Notes under the pieces: generated by a model
Database searches by the model: none
What the model saw: the letters and a program-made list of their open reading frames with translations, nothing else
Told to the model about the DNA's origin: nothing
Position numbers and translations under genes: made by a program
Shown here: positions 25,394 through 39,560 of the stretch, piece by piece
Layout of the letters: the number at the start of each line of letters is the position of its first letter
How positions within the stretch are numbered: the first letter of the stretch is position 1
Origin: Lingula anatina
Taxonomy: Eukaryota > Animalia > Brachiopoda
Assembly (NCBI GenBank): GCA_051362555.1
Contig: CM120641.1
Span: 24,062,401 to 24,126,400, forward strand
DNA: 64,000 nt
Direction of reading: 5' to 3'

Positions 25394-27952
25394 TTCAATT
25401 AAATCATCCACACACACACACTGATAAACTGCTTTCACAACTTTATCAGAATACACGTGACAAATACCGAGAAGTCTTAACCTAATGATATGCTTGCCTC
25501 GTCTCATACATGTACATGCACTGTAGACATTTGAAAATGTCCCAAAGTCCTATTTTTATGTCTAAATACCCAGCAAAGCTACTAATTTGCCCAATCCATA
25601 CCTTAAAACCATGGAAAACCCTTGAAGAAAAATGTGATCTCAATATTTCCTTCTGAAGTGTCAGAAAGACGTCTCGGCGAGTCTTTTTGTGAGTCTGATT
25701 TTTAGAAGGCAGTTTTATCTTTTTTTCCTTATCTATTGACATGTTATAAGATAATGCTATTGCATCAAAAATACAGTGTAAATGGGGTGGATTTGCAAAC
25801 TCGAGCTGATGGCGTAAGGACAGAGTTTTTTGGGGTTGAAAACGAATATAGATTTCAAATGGATCTCCCTCATTTTAACAGCTAACAGCACCATTTCAAC
25901 TCCTATTAAATCACAACAAAAGTACTACAATCTGGTGCCACAAAATTTTCTTGAAAGTTTTACTTATGATTTTATCAATAAAGAGGAAAAATAATGCCTT
26001 TGTTTAGAGGAACATCATAACTTTTTGGCTTTCATGTCTGTACATTTGACAGCTTTGATGCCTTGTTATTACAATAATATTGAGATAAGTATTTCACATA
26101 AAAGAAACGGAGGGGGGTATTATGCCAAATGTAGGCATTTATAATGTATCTACATCTTAATGTGCGTTATATCGTTCATCCTTGGTCTTGCATGAAAAGG
26201 AATTCAAGATTTTGAAATGTCTATACAGGTACATTTGGAAACGGATTTTTATGGTTTGCTTGTATTATTACTATTATTATTATTATCATTATTTTAGCGG
26301 AGAAGAATTGTCAAATCCAGAGGAGGGGCGATTTTTGAGCAAACAATTTGTTGCATATTTCAAATGTGCCCTGTATAAGATTTTCCCGCAAAAAAACTCG
26401 TGCAGGGTACTCAACGAATTTTCCTGTGGTAAACGTTATTTTTTCCGACTAACCAACCTTTCCTAATTGTCGACACATCTGGAAGTGCTAAAAAGCCCTC
26501 AACCCATGCGTTAAGGATATTGTAACCATTTATTATCATCCAGATTCCGAAAATTAGTTTTTTCCTGCATCTAATTAGTCAATGATGCGTCTATCTTTGT
26601 GCTATTTTAAAACAATGAAAAAACCCTCAAAAATATAAAATATCGGAGCTTTAATCATCAATTTAACACCTTTCTATATTGAGGTTAGATAGCAATATAG
26701 GGTGTAACTTCATCCATGAACAAGATTTTATCACGAAAACTGGCATAGTTGACCAGGAGTGTATAGGCTACAATTCCGTGCCGTCATGTTGGTTTATGTG
26801 CTTTTGTTATGGAGTTGTGAGCCCCTAATTACAGATTGCCATTCAGCATAGGCATTATTACACTTTATCAACGATAATATCTAAACTAAGACTTTTTTAA
26901 AGAAAAATCACTGACTGCCGGTTGCGCGCGATCCGAAACTCTCCAAATGGTTGACAGTGGACGGGGTTCGTCATGAGGTGGTAAATTAGATTGATTTTGG
27001 CGACGTTAATTCATGTCATTTATCTGTTAAAATATGTTACTCAAGTTCGAAAAGAAGTGGTCTATGTACTTAACGTTTTTAAAACCGTACACTTTGCTCC
27101 CTGGTTTTCCTGGGGCCTTTTGTAAAATTGTTCTCTTTCAGCAAACCAATAAGCAATGCGATTTTTCCATTTGAAAATAAAAATTAATTTCTGTCGCGCT
27201 AGTAAACCAACTTGTCAATTTAATTTTGCTTATTGTGAATTCTTCATATCAGATCTCCACCGATGGTTTTGGCATCGAAAGGAAGTAAAATTGATCCAGT
27301 AAATGGGGTAACTTCCAATCATTTTGAGTGGAAATTGATAAATTGATATTGTCCTGATACAGGGAAAAGATTTTGAATAGCTAGAGAAATCGGGGTTCAA
27401 GTAATATCGATAGCCACGGCATCCCACCTCTACTTAAAAGGTCTTGGGATTTGCCGTGGATTTATTTTACTCATCCGAGGCAGACCGAATTTTCACCAAA
27501 GTAAAGGTTTCTTTTGTAACATTTTAGTTTCGGACATAGACAAAATTGTTATTTACATTAGGTTATGAATTAAACTGTAGCGGTTGAAATCCATTAGTTT
27601 ATTTTCATCGTCTGTCAGATGGTCCACGCCTGTTAATAAACAGCAGATGTGATACCGTCTTATTCTCTTGGTAAATAGTCCAACACGGACAAAAACAAAA
27701 ATGTGTGAAGTGTGATTTTTGTGAATGAAATCATTCGATGGCTTTAGACCTTGGCTGTCTCGTAAAATGTCTTAACTTATAAATCAGCTGAACCCTTCAT
27801 CTGACGGCTACGTGGTAGTCCAGTTTTAAGCCGAACCCTTTGGGTCGATTTCAAAGTAAAGTGGAATGCTTCAAGTTTCAAAGGACAGAATCTTCGGCTG
27901 CGTGATTACGTGTAGCTGTGGCGATGTGGTGACGTATTCCCTGAGAGCAGGA

Positions 27953-28734
27953 TTAGAGACACTGGCCTTCAAATGGCTTCAGCTTACGGTACGAGAAGGT
28001 CACCGAATTCTGGTATTCGCCGCTGGAGACGAGACGAACTACAGAATTCTGACATGGTAGCGGAATTTTGTCGGCCTCTGAAAAAAAAGAGATATAACAA
28101 TTCCACTTAAGATTCATGTATGGTGAAAGCAGGAGTGACATTTTATTTTTCAAAACCACACATACAATTACGCAACAGTTTGTACTTTGCCAGATACTGC
28201 ACGTCTATAAAAAGGAGTAATTTTTTAGGTCATATTATTCAAAACATTCACCGTAACGTGCTCTTTAAGTAAATCTTTGTCACGCAGTCTTACCTGGCAT
28301 TGGATGAAGCCCACATACATTCATTACGGCGTTCATTTTCATGGGAGACAGTCCAACACCGTCACGGAATTCCACGTAGTCTTCACTCCCGCGTTCGGCA
28401 CACTGAAACAACCATTCGGTAAGTTATATATTGTTGAAAGATAAATATTGTGTTAGAAGTGACACTGTGTTAAGTGTGGCGTTATGCAATGGATGTCATA
28501 TATTTAAATAAGTCTTGCATTTATTACGAAAAGCTGGGTTTGTGTTTAACATGCAAAAGTTACCTTGGTGATGAGACCGGTTTCTCCAAAAGTTCTCCCG
28601 GCGTTCCCCACGTTCAGAGAGAGGATCTGGACAGCCTCTGGGTAGATGATGGAGAAGGTGCAGTTGATTCGCCTGCCATAGTTGTACAGCGTGTATACTC
28701 CGGTGTCAAACATAGACAGCACGTTGCATGCTGA

Positions 28735-28773
<39 letters not shown>

Positions 28774-31700
28774 TTTCTTCAACATTTAAGAATAAAACTA
28801 AGTCAGACATTAAGTCATGGCAGTGGACGCTACCTTAGGCCTACTCTAACGAACAGTGAAGAAGAAACTATCTTTGACTATGCTCTAAAATTTCTAATCA
28901 GCAGCTTTTGTTCACTCTAAAGCTTTGAAATAATCCCATAATCTCGTGCTGTTTTCTCCGTGTAACTCAATTTGACACATAAAGCTACGCAAGGATGTTA
29001 CGATATCGGAAAAGATCTTCATCTTCATTTTACGCTGGAAGCTATTTATGAGATAAATAACTACTAAATGGAAGATATCTGTCATTCATTGATGATCTGC
29101 TTAATAATGTGGCATTTAGCCGAATATCGAATATAAATCGAGTAGGAGTTATAATTTAATACCTGCGTTTGCGTCAGTGACTGTAAGGTCAAGTGTACAC
29201 CTTATATTTTACATATTTTTAATGCATATGTTTATATCGGATGGATAGAAACACGCTGTAGATTATAACTGCGTTAATATTTCTGATAATTCAATAAAAT
29301 TTATTTCTTAATTATTTAATGTATTACCTATGGCACATAGAATTATGATTTCTCCGTGCTGCTCAATTTAAAATATTTTAAAAATGGTTTAAATTCTTTT
29401 TGAACTATTTAAAGTTTTCAAAAATTAAGTATGGTGCATTTTTTAAATCTATCCGTTCGGCGGGTTCTATAATTGTCAAACAATTTTATTGTCATCAAAG
29501 GGGGAGGAGTAAAAATTCAAAACAATGCCTTCTTGCCAATACTGTAACTATATTGCAAGAAGGTAAAAGAGTCATTATGATTCAGTGAGCTGTTTTATTT
29601 ATATTTAAAAATAGCATTATGGTATGCAACGATCTTGTCAGTTTCACACCAATTTCTTTTACTCCCCTTTACTTTTAATGCATTTTGTGCCTCAGTGGCA
29701 ATTTTATTTATTTCTATTCTTGCCAATTTAAGGCCAAGGCTGGTTTGATACATAAGTATACAACTGTCTTACTCACAGTATACAACTATATACTGTAACC
29801 TGAAAACTCGAGTGTCCGAATTACAGATTATATACCGTGCTTATGTAACTAAGTTGTAGCATGTGCACTGCTATCATTGTTTATTCATTTTCTGTACGTA
29901 TGTAGGTAAGCAACACGCTGTACAAAGCTTGATTCGTAATTAAGTCACGAAATCATGCTATAAGGTGCATAATAGAAGCTTGCCGACAAATCTATTAGAC
30001 TTTCCTTTTGTCAGGCTTGCGGTGGCCAACGGAAAAAACAAGTTGGCAAATAAGCACTCACGCAGTGTTTTAGGCTACAGTGCGCAAGAAACCTTCTTAT
30101 AACAAATACAAGTAATGATTTCTTGTGAATTTCGATAATGTTCCAGCATACGGACAGTCACTGTCCATGAGTTTGTCCATGCGCTGATCTGTAACAAATT
30201 GAACCAATTGTTTCGCTTCTGTGTGAACAAACTCGTGTACCGAGATGGACTCTACAAGACTAAAGTCATAACATACTAGTTTATCATTAAGGCGGGTTGA
30301 TCAAAATACTCACGTTGGTGGTTTCTGACAAAGCGAACGGTCACTTGGAATCCCTGTCCTTTCCTAGGGATTTGATATAAAATAAGAGCCACATTCTGCG
30401 AAGAACGGAAAGTCTTGTAGGAGGCGAGCTTGGCTTCTTTTCCACAGAACTGATGGACTCTTTGAACTAGCGGCAAGGCGTGGTCTTGCACCCCTGGGAA
30501 ATATTCCCCATTCAGCTCCCAGCCGTCAATGACCTGAAGCCGGAGCAGGGTTATGTCTATATAATCAAACACCAGGAGCCCTTTAGCGGGAGTCGCACGG
30601 ATATTGTGAAGGTTTTCTATTTCATAATAATTAACAATAACCACCAGTTTTACACAGGATTGTAAAATCCCCATAACCTTTATTTTGTATACTCTGTATT
30701 GAAAGAGATATCCCGACTGAGCACTTAACAGCAATTAGTAAATTTTCTTCATCAAATGTCATGTATCAGAAAGGACGAGACCGGCCGTTTGAATAGCAAA
30801 GGGGATAATAGCAAATCCGTACGTGTAATAGGTATATGTGGATAAGGTTTTAAAAATAGAAAATATACACAATACAGATACGACAAAAACAATTTCCTCA
30901 CTTTCTTTAGATGAGAACCTACATCAAAAGTCTAATTTCCCCTTGTCTCTTGACCATTGAAGCATGAAGCGACACAATGGATTGTGTCGTGCTGATTTTC
31001 ATTAGTTTCATGAATAAAAAATAGTGCGCTAATACATTAGACGTTTAAAATGCTTGTCCATTAAGATTCTCATATTTTGACCATAATGCTGGTGTTTCTC
31101 ATTACTTTTCGATTTTTACTTTTTAAAAAATCTGCAACGTAACCTGCATGCAACGGTCTTATATAATATAAAAGGCGGACAAATTACATCAGAACAGGTT
31201 GACAATGTTCATACACTTACACTGACAGCGCCATTTTGTTTGCAGTCTACGTCGATGGCCGTGAACTCTACTTCCACCAGCTCGTCGTGATGTCCTACGA
31301 TATAGAAACCACAGGTGCCTTCTTCGTCTCCCGTAGATCTATACCAAAAGTCACCCTCGTCATTGGACATCTGGATGCAGTCTGAAATATTTACAGAATT
31401 TCATAAATCTGACAGACGTTAACTTTTTTTGTGATTGAGTGCCTTTCATAGAAACATCCATTTGTAACCTGAATAAATTTAAGAAGGTTAAAGGTATTCT
31501 ATACGGGAATGTTGCACAGAATGTAATTTCCTCGAGAAGAAGCACTTTTCGCCTACTCGCGAATCATTGCTTGACCCGTCCCTGCAATTGGATTTGAAGT
31601 TTTATACAATTCCTAATTAAATGATTGAATTTTCAATCGAATAATAATGTATTTAGACCGTCATTCGTCTTCCTGACATTTCAGAAGGAAATTTACATAC

Positions 31701-34700
31701 CAGGAACGTTTATTCGAAGGGCTTTTAGACATAAGGAATAGCATTTTTCAAAAGCGTATAGAATACCTTTAAAGGAAATCAAATCTGGTCACGTCTGCAA
31801 GCATCAGCTTTTTCTTTAACTTTGTTTATATACATGAAGTTTGAAATATAGTTTATATAGTTATATAGTTACCGGCAGAAGAGAAAAAAATGAGTTTTTA
31901 GTAACACTCAACAATCAGTTTTAGATAAATTCGATCACAGTACTGAAATGATATAATAATGTTTTCAGATTACCTAACTCTTTCCCTATGAGATTTCTAC
32001 CTGGCCGTAACGTCAGTTCATGGGATCCCTGTAAAAAAATACAGGTTTTTAAGAACAGGAAATTATACATGGGTAGCAAATAAGACTCAGAACAGCTATC
32101 AAAATAAATGCTGTTTCAATAAATGAAACAGGTTTTCTTCACAATTTGACATTAGTACCTGGAAAAAAGAGTTCAAATCTATGGGTATAAGAAGTTGAGA
32201 CTTCAGGCATATCAACAAAGGCCATATGGCATATGTTTCAAGAGAAGGCCGTCGGTTTTACTGAGATCAAATATATCTAAATAGATAAATATATAATCTT
32301 TAAGATTTTTTATATAAGGCAATGTTTTTCGTACACAATTTTAACTGCATGCATTCAGTGACGGAAAGTGCAATTTGCTTTCAGTCATGGCCAAAGCGCG
32401 TTTGTGACAGTGTCTTAGAGTTTGGCCAATTTCTCAGCTGCATAATATGTTCAAAGTGCAGTGGCAGATGTATTGTGTATGTAAAGGTATTCCTTGTAAA
32501 TTTGCATATGTCAATATTGTAATATAATTTTGTTTAGTCATAACCTTTTTGTAGAGAATGTGCAAGAAATGTGGAAGAATCAATATAAAGGTTATATATT
32601 CATAACGACAACATCCTTCTTGTCCTTTATGGAGATACGAATCTCCCATGCCACAAGCAGCATGACTGTGGCCAAAACAAACGAAAGTCGTGAAAAACGT
32701 ATATTGCACGTCAGTTGCTTACCAATGGATATAATTAATTATCGGTTTCTAATGTCCTTTTAGATCCAATTAATAATATCCGCTGACGTTCAACTAATTA
32801 AGTGTGTTTCTTCCATGGGAATTTTAGGTGAGCATCGCGTGCGTCTTAGTCGCGGATTTTCATCATTTCGATCGACGTTGGAAACACCGGTTAATTGTTC
32901 TGCAGTCACGCGCTAATATATTGAATGACGTCTTTTTCCAGTCAACTGGAAGACCTATGTCCTCATCTATATTTTTACTTTGATTTTCTTTCCCCTGCCA
33001 ACTGTTTCCGAAAAGTTCCTTTAACAGGCAACTTCTTCATCTTGAAGAAATAAAAACTTCATCAATTTGAGAACAGACATCATGTTTCACTGCATTCCTG
33101 ATGTGGACATCAATGGATTTTTTAGATAAATTTTCTCACGGATCTCTTGATATTTGAAACATTCAGTTTTCTTGTAGATCAAAGTACGGGCAAAGTTTAC
33201 ATGCAATTGGGACTTCCCACTTTTAATTAGTTTGAAACGACAAGTCCGGATCAAGGGTTTAATGCATTTGTACTCTGATTAAGTGTGTTATAAACGTGTT
33301 CCTTTGGACAAATAATGAAGGATCATGGGAGTGGCCATCAATAATACCGAGACTCCATGATAATAGAATAGAATCTTACAGTAATAGAATCTTAATAATA
33401 GAAGACCGTAGTTATAAATGCACAAATAACAAACAAAACTCTTCCGAAACATGCGTTCTATCATGTTGATTTGTATAACATAAAAGGGGGGGGGGTGGCT
33501 AATAATAATATCAGTGACTTTTGTTGTCGTTCACTGTTTAGGATATTTTTTATTCATTGGCCTTGAAGATCGTTGACACAAAAATCAAATCAGCAAATTC
33601 GATTTGGTTTTATATAGGCTTTGTACCCGATGCACACGTAATGCAAGAAGGAGTGGTCACGAGTAGTCGCATGGAAAATAGGTAAACTTTAAACAACCGG
33701 TCTTTGAATACCCCTCTTCGCTTGCTTTCGGTTCCATCACCAGGTGGTAAAAAACGGGAACACTAATGTATTGGCACCAATTCCAAGGTTCAGGACATGT
33801 TGGTGATCTCAAAAACAGGACTTGAGTCAAGAGGAAAGGCATCAGTCCGCCTTTTTTGCGTGTCAGATATCATTTGTCACCATCAACTAAAAAATCATTC
33901 CATTTAATGAACATACTGCAGATACATCGTCTTATGATTCTAACTAATTGAGAATGTAAACTGCGCTTAATATTCGAAGACCATCGGCATAGCTAGATCA
34001 TTAAATTCCTCTTCAGTCACTGTCACTTCAATCACTATGTTGATACGGTTTTATATTATAGATATCTTGCCAGTCGCGATGAAAGGATGTCCGCTGAGTT
34101 CGTTAATCTAATTTAGTAGTCCCCGTTGAGAGACTGATTGACACTTGAAACATTTTTGTCCTGGCATAATAGGACATAATAGGGCATAATAATCCACGGC
34201 GACAGTAACAGAGGATGGAAAATCGAAATTCTTTTCATTAGTTTCCAACAGTAGCTCGTACATGTTCTGGATGATCTATTCTTGGGTGTCAATCAATGCA
34301 TTGTGTTGCCATTGTCTCCCACGCTTGAATATATGCATCTACCATATTTCATTAGTTGCTAGGTAAGGTTGTAAAACTCAGCGGGAATGTCCGGTTACGG
34401 GCGATTTTTATTCCTTAGCTTACCACATAACACTGTTTTCTTGGATACATTATTCGTCCTTCAAATATTGTTTTGTACATTTATGTTGTAGGCCTATACC
34501 ACAGTAAAATAATTGGCTTTCATTGCCTAAACATTGTTGTGCAGATCCTTATTTTTCTCTGTCTCAGATAATTGACAATTGTAGGCTTTCTAACAATATC
34601 TTTGACTCAAACCAAGTATTCACCTCTCGGACAAGTGTCGGAGAATGCAAGGAACTGTGAATACAGCAGAATTAAAATGATCCTTAGCAAAATATCAGGC

Positions 34701-36146
34701 CGGTTGCAAACTCTCTCGCAAATTCACTGCAAATTTACTGATCATAAAGACGTCTTGCAAACGTGCTGCAAACTTAAGTTGTTATTGCAAATTTGATGCA
34801 AATTGCAAACTTTTAATTTTGCTAAGGGGACGCATGTATCGCAACGCCATGCAATTGTTTACAAATAATAATGCATATGTTCCCATCTACGGGCTTCTTA
34901 GTGTGCGTGTGTTTGTGTTAGAATTTTAATTTACAGCTTCCTACTATGGTCTATTAATATGGTCACCCATAAAATTGAGAAGACGAAAAAGTCGTTATTG
35001 GTATGACTGCCAAGCCAATTAAAGCGTTTTAATGGCCAGCAAAGTTTTAGTATGATTAAAAAATCTGAAAAAAAATCGAGTTACGATCATTGCTTGCGTT
35101 GCCATGCCATACTTAAAAAGTTGAAGTGTTTGATTCAAATAGGGATGTAGCTAGTGTCCATACAACCCCATACTTAAAAGGAAACTGAAACCACCAACCA
35201 AGGCAGGCAATGCTTATTCTGTGGGAGAAAAGAGGCCAATAATAAATGATGAAAATGATAAAAATGTTGTAAGTCCTCCGAGTACCACAGTGGCAGATTT
35301 AGGGGGTGTCAGGGGGGTCCTAACCCCCCCTTCGATTTCTGACTAGCTGAATTTTGACTAGCTGAATATAAACCGTAACGCTCACCCTCTTAAGTACCAA
35401 AATTGTTAGCGGCCCCTTCAGCGGGCCCCCGAACCCCACGCCAAAGGGGGGGGGGGGTAATAGAGGGTCGGCTTTGCATCCGCGGACCCCCCCCCCCCCT
35501 TCAAATAATCTTGGGTCCGCCTCTGCACCAGCACAGCCAATAGATAAAAACAGACCAAATGGCACAACATGATGTGCTTGGTCACAACATACTTTTCTTT
35601 CTTTTTTTCGTTCAAAGTTGATATTGGTTCTGGTACCAACAGAAAAGACACTTCGACTTTGAACAAACCTCACATCTAATTAAATCTTTCGTTGAACATT
35701 AAGATGCCTTTTCCGCTCTGCTGCTTTTGAGGTAAGAAACTGATTGTTATTGCTCAAATGCATCTAATACTGCATATTTGTGCCACTTTTCATTTTATTA
35801 TTCATTCATGTAAATTTTGCTCTAACGTTTTAGCAGCAAATAGTTGTTACTTATAAAGCGAATTTTATGATAAGGTAAAATTTCACGACATTTAGAAAAC
35901 ATAAAACCTTCATTGCTCGTTAAAATAATATTCTAAATTCGAAGCCACCAACGAAGTTATGGCGAGTATATATTGTGCCCCAGGAGAAACTTATCAAAAC
36001 GCGTTTTTTTAGTCATGAGGTGAAATGTGAAAAGCAATGCACACTGGCTTTTTCTTGCCGTTGAGTATCAAACTTACCTTGAACGGAATACACTGTACCA
36101 GACTAACAAGGGCATAGACTACAGTAGGGAAGGCCAGAGCGTTCAT
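27953..36146 (-). CDS. CRHBP: Corticotropin-releasing hormone-binding protein; exons 36146-36078, 32028-31974, 31381-31221, 30533-30314, 28730-28564, 28402-28294, 28077-27953, ~301 aa
   Basis: Signal peptide MNALAFPTVVYALVSLVQC; VIDGWELNGEYFPGVQDHALPL, RSSQNVALI, PCNVLS, NCTFSIIYP, DYVEFRDGVGL, CQNSVVRLVSSGEYQNSVTF match CRHBP motifs. Ten Cys in the mature protein, and splice phases close to 906 nt. Confidence 0.94.
28735..28773. repeat. (AAT)n microsatellite abutting the CRHBP exon 5 acceptor
   Basis: Direct reading. Confidence 0.9.
31492..31768. mobile_element. Kolobok-type MITE in CRHBP intron 2
   Basis: TTAA|AGGTATTCTATACG ... CGTATAGAATACCT|TTAA: 14-bp perfect TIR, purine-purine termini, TTAA TSD. 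Confidence 0.75.
34681..34828. mobile_element. EnSpm/CMC-like MITE
   Basis: GA|TCCTTAGCAAAAT ... ATTTTGCTAAGGG|GA, with multiple internal TGCAAA subrepeats. Confidence 0.55.
35288..35525. mobile_element. GC-rich CAGTGGC.GAT...TCCGCCTCTG MITE with probable 5-bp TSD
   Basis: TACCA|CAGTGGCAGATTTAGG ... CTTGGGTCCGCCTCTG|CACCA, with subterminal G/C runs. Confidence 0.6.
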
Positions 36147-36196
36147 GTTGAAAGTTGAACTGTTGCCGCGATTCCTGAGGAGTGTTCTGCTGCGAA

Positions 36197-36207
36197 CTTT
36201 ATATACA
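36197..36207 (-). promoter_or_regulatory. Candidate TATA box of CRHBP
   Basis: Minus-strand TATATAAAG about 55 nt upstream of the ATG at 36146. Confidence 0.45.
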
Positions 36208-37589
36208 GCTTTTAACAATAATCGTTGTTCCTTCTTTGGTCTTCTTTTCTTCAATATTTTCTGATCCTTTGCTATTGTCTATCCAGTATATCAATTGGTT
36301 GGTATAAATTTTCTGTTTCTTGTTTCTATTTTTTCCTGTCTTTTTCTTGTTTTGGTTGGCTTTTGTCCGTCTTGAGCTTGACTAAATGTTCTGCGGATCC
36401 CTGCTAGTTGATTGTTGGCGGTGCTTCTGTGGCGACGTTTAAGCTGCATTTATACTTATAAGGCTCCTTCTACGTGGGCGAAACGCAAATGTGAACGCGC
36501 AACGATATTATTGTAGAAAGCAACAATCAATTAGACCAAAACACGCGTCACTTTATACGAACCAGGAGGAAGCTTTGTTATAGTGACACAATCCTAGGGA
36601 AAGAATCTTACGGTTATTGGAGATAATGGTAACTTAATGGACAGAAAAAGACTTAACGCTAGTGGTACCAAGTAATGATCGTTTGTTAGCTTTCTAGATA
36701 GAGGCAACGGAAGAACGAATGATAAATTCGGAAATGTGTTGGAGAAATGAGAGATAGTAATGGAAATATCGAGTGTCCAAGACACCGTTTCTCTTTTATG
36801 TATCCTGAGATCCTGAAAGTTCTTGAAGCTTGTTTGTTTCATTAATTTGCTAAAGTGATGACTCAACACAATTTTTATGTTATTTTTGTGTTGTTAACCG
36901 GTTAACAGCCGTGTTCTTCGTACACCGATATTTACATGCCTTTAGAACACCTGAATACAATAGCAATTTAAACAAAATTTAAGCAAAACCTGGTGTCAAA
37001 GCACACGACTGTTTTAAGTACCAGTGCCTGCCATCCCTTCATTTTTATAAAATAATTAATTATATAACAAATAAGGTGAGAAAACATGCGTGTGTTTCTG
37101 CAACTTCAGATTGCACAGATTTTGAAATTTTGCATAAAAATGGCCGTTTTACGGTGCATAAATTGTGCGAAGCAGTGTATCACAGCATTGTTGCTCTGCG
37201 TGAGAATGGTGCGAAACATATTGATATGCCAAGCCTATTATTGTGCCATAAGGGACGGTCCTTACAGAGGTACGCCCAGACCGGTGTTCTTACACAGACA
37301 CCACGGTCAAGGTATCCATAACTTACCACCAGGAAACAGGACACACTGTTCTTACAGTTATGCTGTTAGAACTAAACAAAACAACACAATCTCTTCAAAA
37401 TGAGGGTTGATCTCTGAGAAGGCCTCTGTGAACAGCGTAATATCGTATTTTATTTCTGCAAAATTCGTTTCTGGGCAAAATTCTGGGAACATTTGGTTTT
37501 CGCTTTTGAAATCAAATATCAACGTTACCGCCAAGGTTCAACTTAGAGTTTACAAACATCCCGAAGAGACCAACGACGAAGCGCTTGTC

Positions 37590-38130
37590 GCTCATAGAGT
37601 GACCAGGGGACGGTAGGAGCATCTGCATTTTGGGCGGAATTTCCTTTGGTGCCAAAAACCCATTGGTAACAACGATGGAAATCTGAACCACTTCAAATGC
37701 AGGAATATCTTGGAAACCACCTGCCTCTAGAACAATTTTAATTTACAAGATAAAAAATGCCCCTCTATAAAGAACACTTGTGTTCGCAAGGGACTTACTA
37801 CAGCCATCAAGATCACCAGATGTGAACCCTATTGACAACCTGTGGATAGTAATTACTCACCGTAAAACGATCCACTTGTCCTAAAATAAATCTGAAATAA
37901 CTCGGACAAGCTATGACCGATGCCTGAAGTGTTATTCCAGATCAAACTCTAAGAAACCTGTCAGAAGGAATGCCTTGCCGCTTGACAGCCCTGATAGCAG
38001 CCAGATGAGACCATGCAAACGCACCACTGACCTTTGAAATGACTAGACGCTGATATGAATGTCTTTCGTGTTTAAGTCTTAAACAGTTGATTTGGAAAAT
38101 ATGAAGGTCCAAATAACACTTTTAATGTAT
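37590..38130 (+). pseudogene. Decayed Tc1-like transposase DDE fragment
   Basis: Reads GRSICILGGI..DGNLNHFKCRNILE and QPSRSPDVNPIDNLW (cf. WPxxSPDLNPIENLW), with stops and frameshifts. Confidence 0.6.
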
Positions 38131-38217
38131 TTAATGACTTAGAATCAGCCATATACTTTTGTTTGCTTCATAGGTGAATTCAGTTAAAGAACTGAGACTG
38201 AAGAGATTACTAAAAGT

Positions 38218-39560
38218 TATTAGTAGCACCAGCGTGTACGCTGGCGGTTTTAGTCCCGACCCGTCTCGTACGACTCCGTTGATTCCTGTGGCTCCGCGTT
38301 CTGGCGCCGGATACAAGTCACCGTTACCGCTTCTCCACCCAGACCGTAAGGGCCCCTCTCCCCATCTCTTGGATTTAGGTCATATATAATCTCAACTTGA
38401 ACCCCCTGGTTTTTTTTTGTCTCAGTCGGTGCATTGGCCTGGGCGTGACGGTCGTTGAAATGCACCCTTGTCAAAATTTTTGAAAATTCAATGCCAAATA
38501 TCTCCCAAACCAAAGGAATTATGGGAAAAATTACTGTAGAAGTCTGACCGAAAGTCATATGTGAAGATTCCAAACATGCCCTTGGATTTGACCTTTGACC
38601 TTTATTTCAAGGTCAAACGGGCCAAAATATTCTAAAAATGGGAATTTTTGCAAAAAAAATGTTTGTTTGTGCCAATTTTCAGAAACTACATAGACCTAAG
38701 CTTTCATAATACAGTGGGGGGATACAATTAGGGACTGCTTTCATCTTCAGGAGTTTGGGGTCAATCGGTGCATTGTCATGGGAGAAACAGCCGTTAGATG
38801 CCAAAACTGAAAACTCGCTCTAATTCTGGAACAGTATATACTAGAGACCTCTTGATCTTTGCATTTTGTAAAGCTTGTTAAGCACAATACTGAAGGTGGT
38901 ATCTACTTTTTTGTTTACGATATGGTTTAGGAGTTGTGCTATATCAAAAAGTACAATGTCGCAATATTCAGTTGTGGAATTAAAATGTGAAATACTCTAA
39001 AATTAGCAGAGAAACGACCATAGTTACTATTGAACTTGAATAGGAAGTCATAAAATGGCAATCTTACTGTGACCTAGAAATTGACTTTTGCCCCTTTTTT
39101 TTTCATCATGAACTGAACTTTGCAATATTTCTATCCCTTATATCTCCAAAACTGGCAGAGATGTGCTAATAGTCACTACTGAATTTGAATAGGAAGTCAT
39201 ATACTGGCAATCTAAATGTGACCTTGAAATTGACCTTTCACCTTCTTTTCACCATGAGCTTCCCCTTTTTTAGCATATGTGCAACACTGATAACACATTT
39301 CAAGGAAAACCAATTGACCCATTGTCTTGAACATTACAGGAGTAATTAATGTTATGAAAATATAGGCTGAGTTCGAAAATTGGCTTGATCAGACCATTTT
39401 TACAAAGGTTATAAAGTTTTTCACTTCTTTTGGCATATTTTGAGAACTCTGGTTTATTGAACCTTTTTTTTTTTTTGGGGGGGGGGGGGGTCCATAAGTA
39501 TGCGCATAGTCCAGCTGGTGGTACAATATCCGGTGGTATCGCCTCTCTGATCCTCTAGTT
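38218..39560 (-). mobile_element. Helentron/Helitron-associated non-autonomous element (HINE-like)
   Basis: One end TTATTAG is next to the hairpin CCAGCGT-GT-ACGCTGG (38229-38244), and the other end is CCTCTAGTT. Internal TGACCTTTGACC/CAAGGTCA motifs and a duplicated CCATAGTTACTATTGAA..GAATAGGAAGTCAT block are typical of these invertebrate repeats. Confidence 0.6.
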
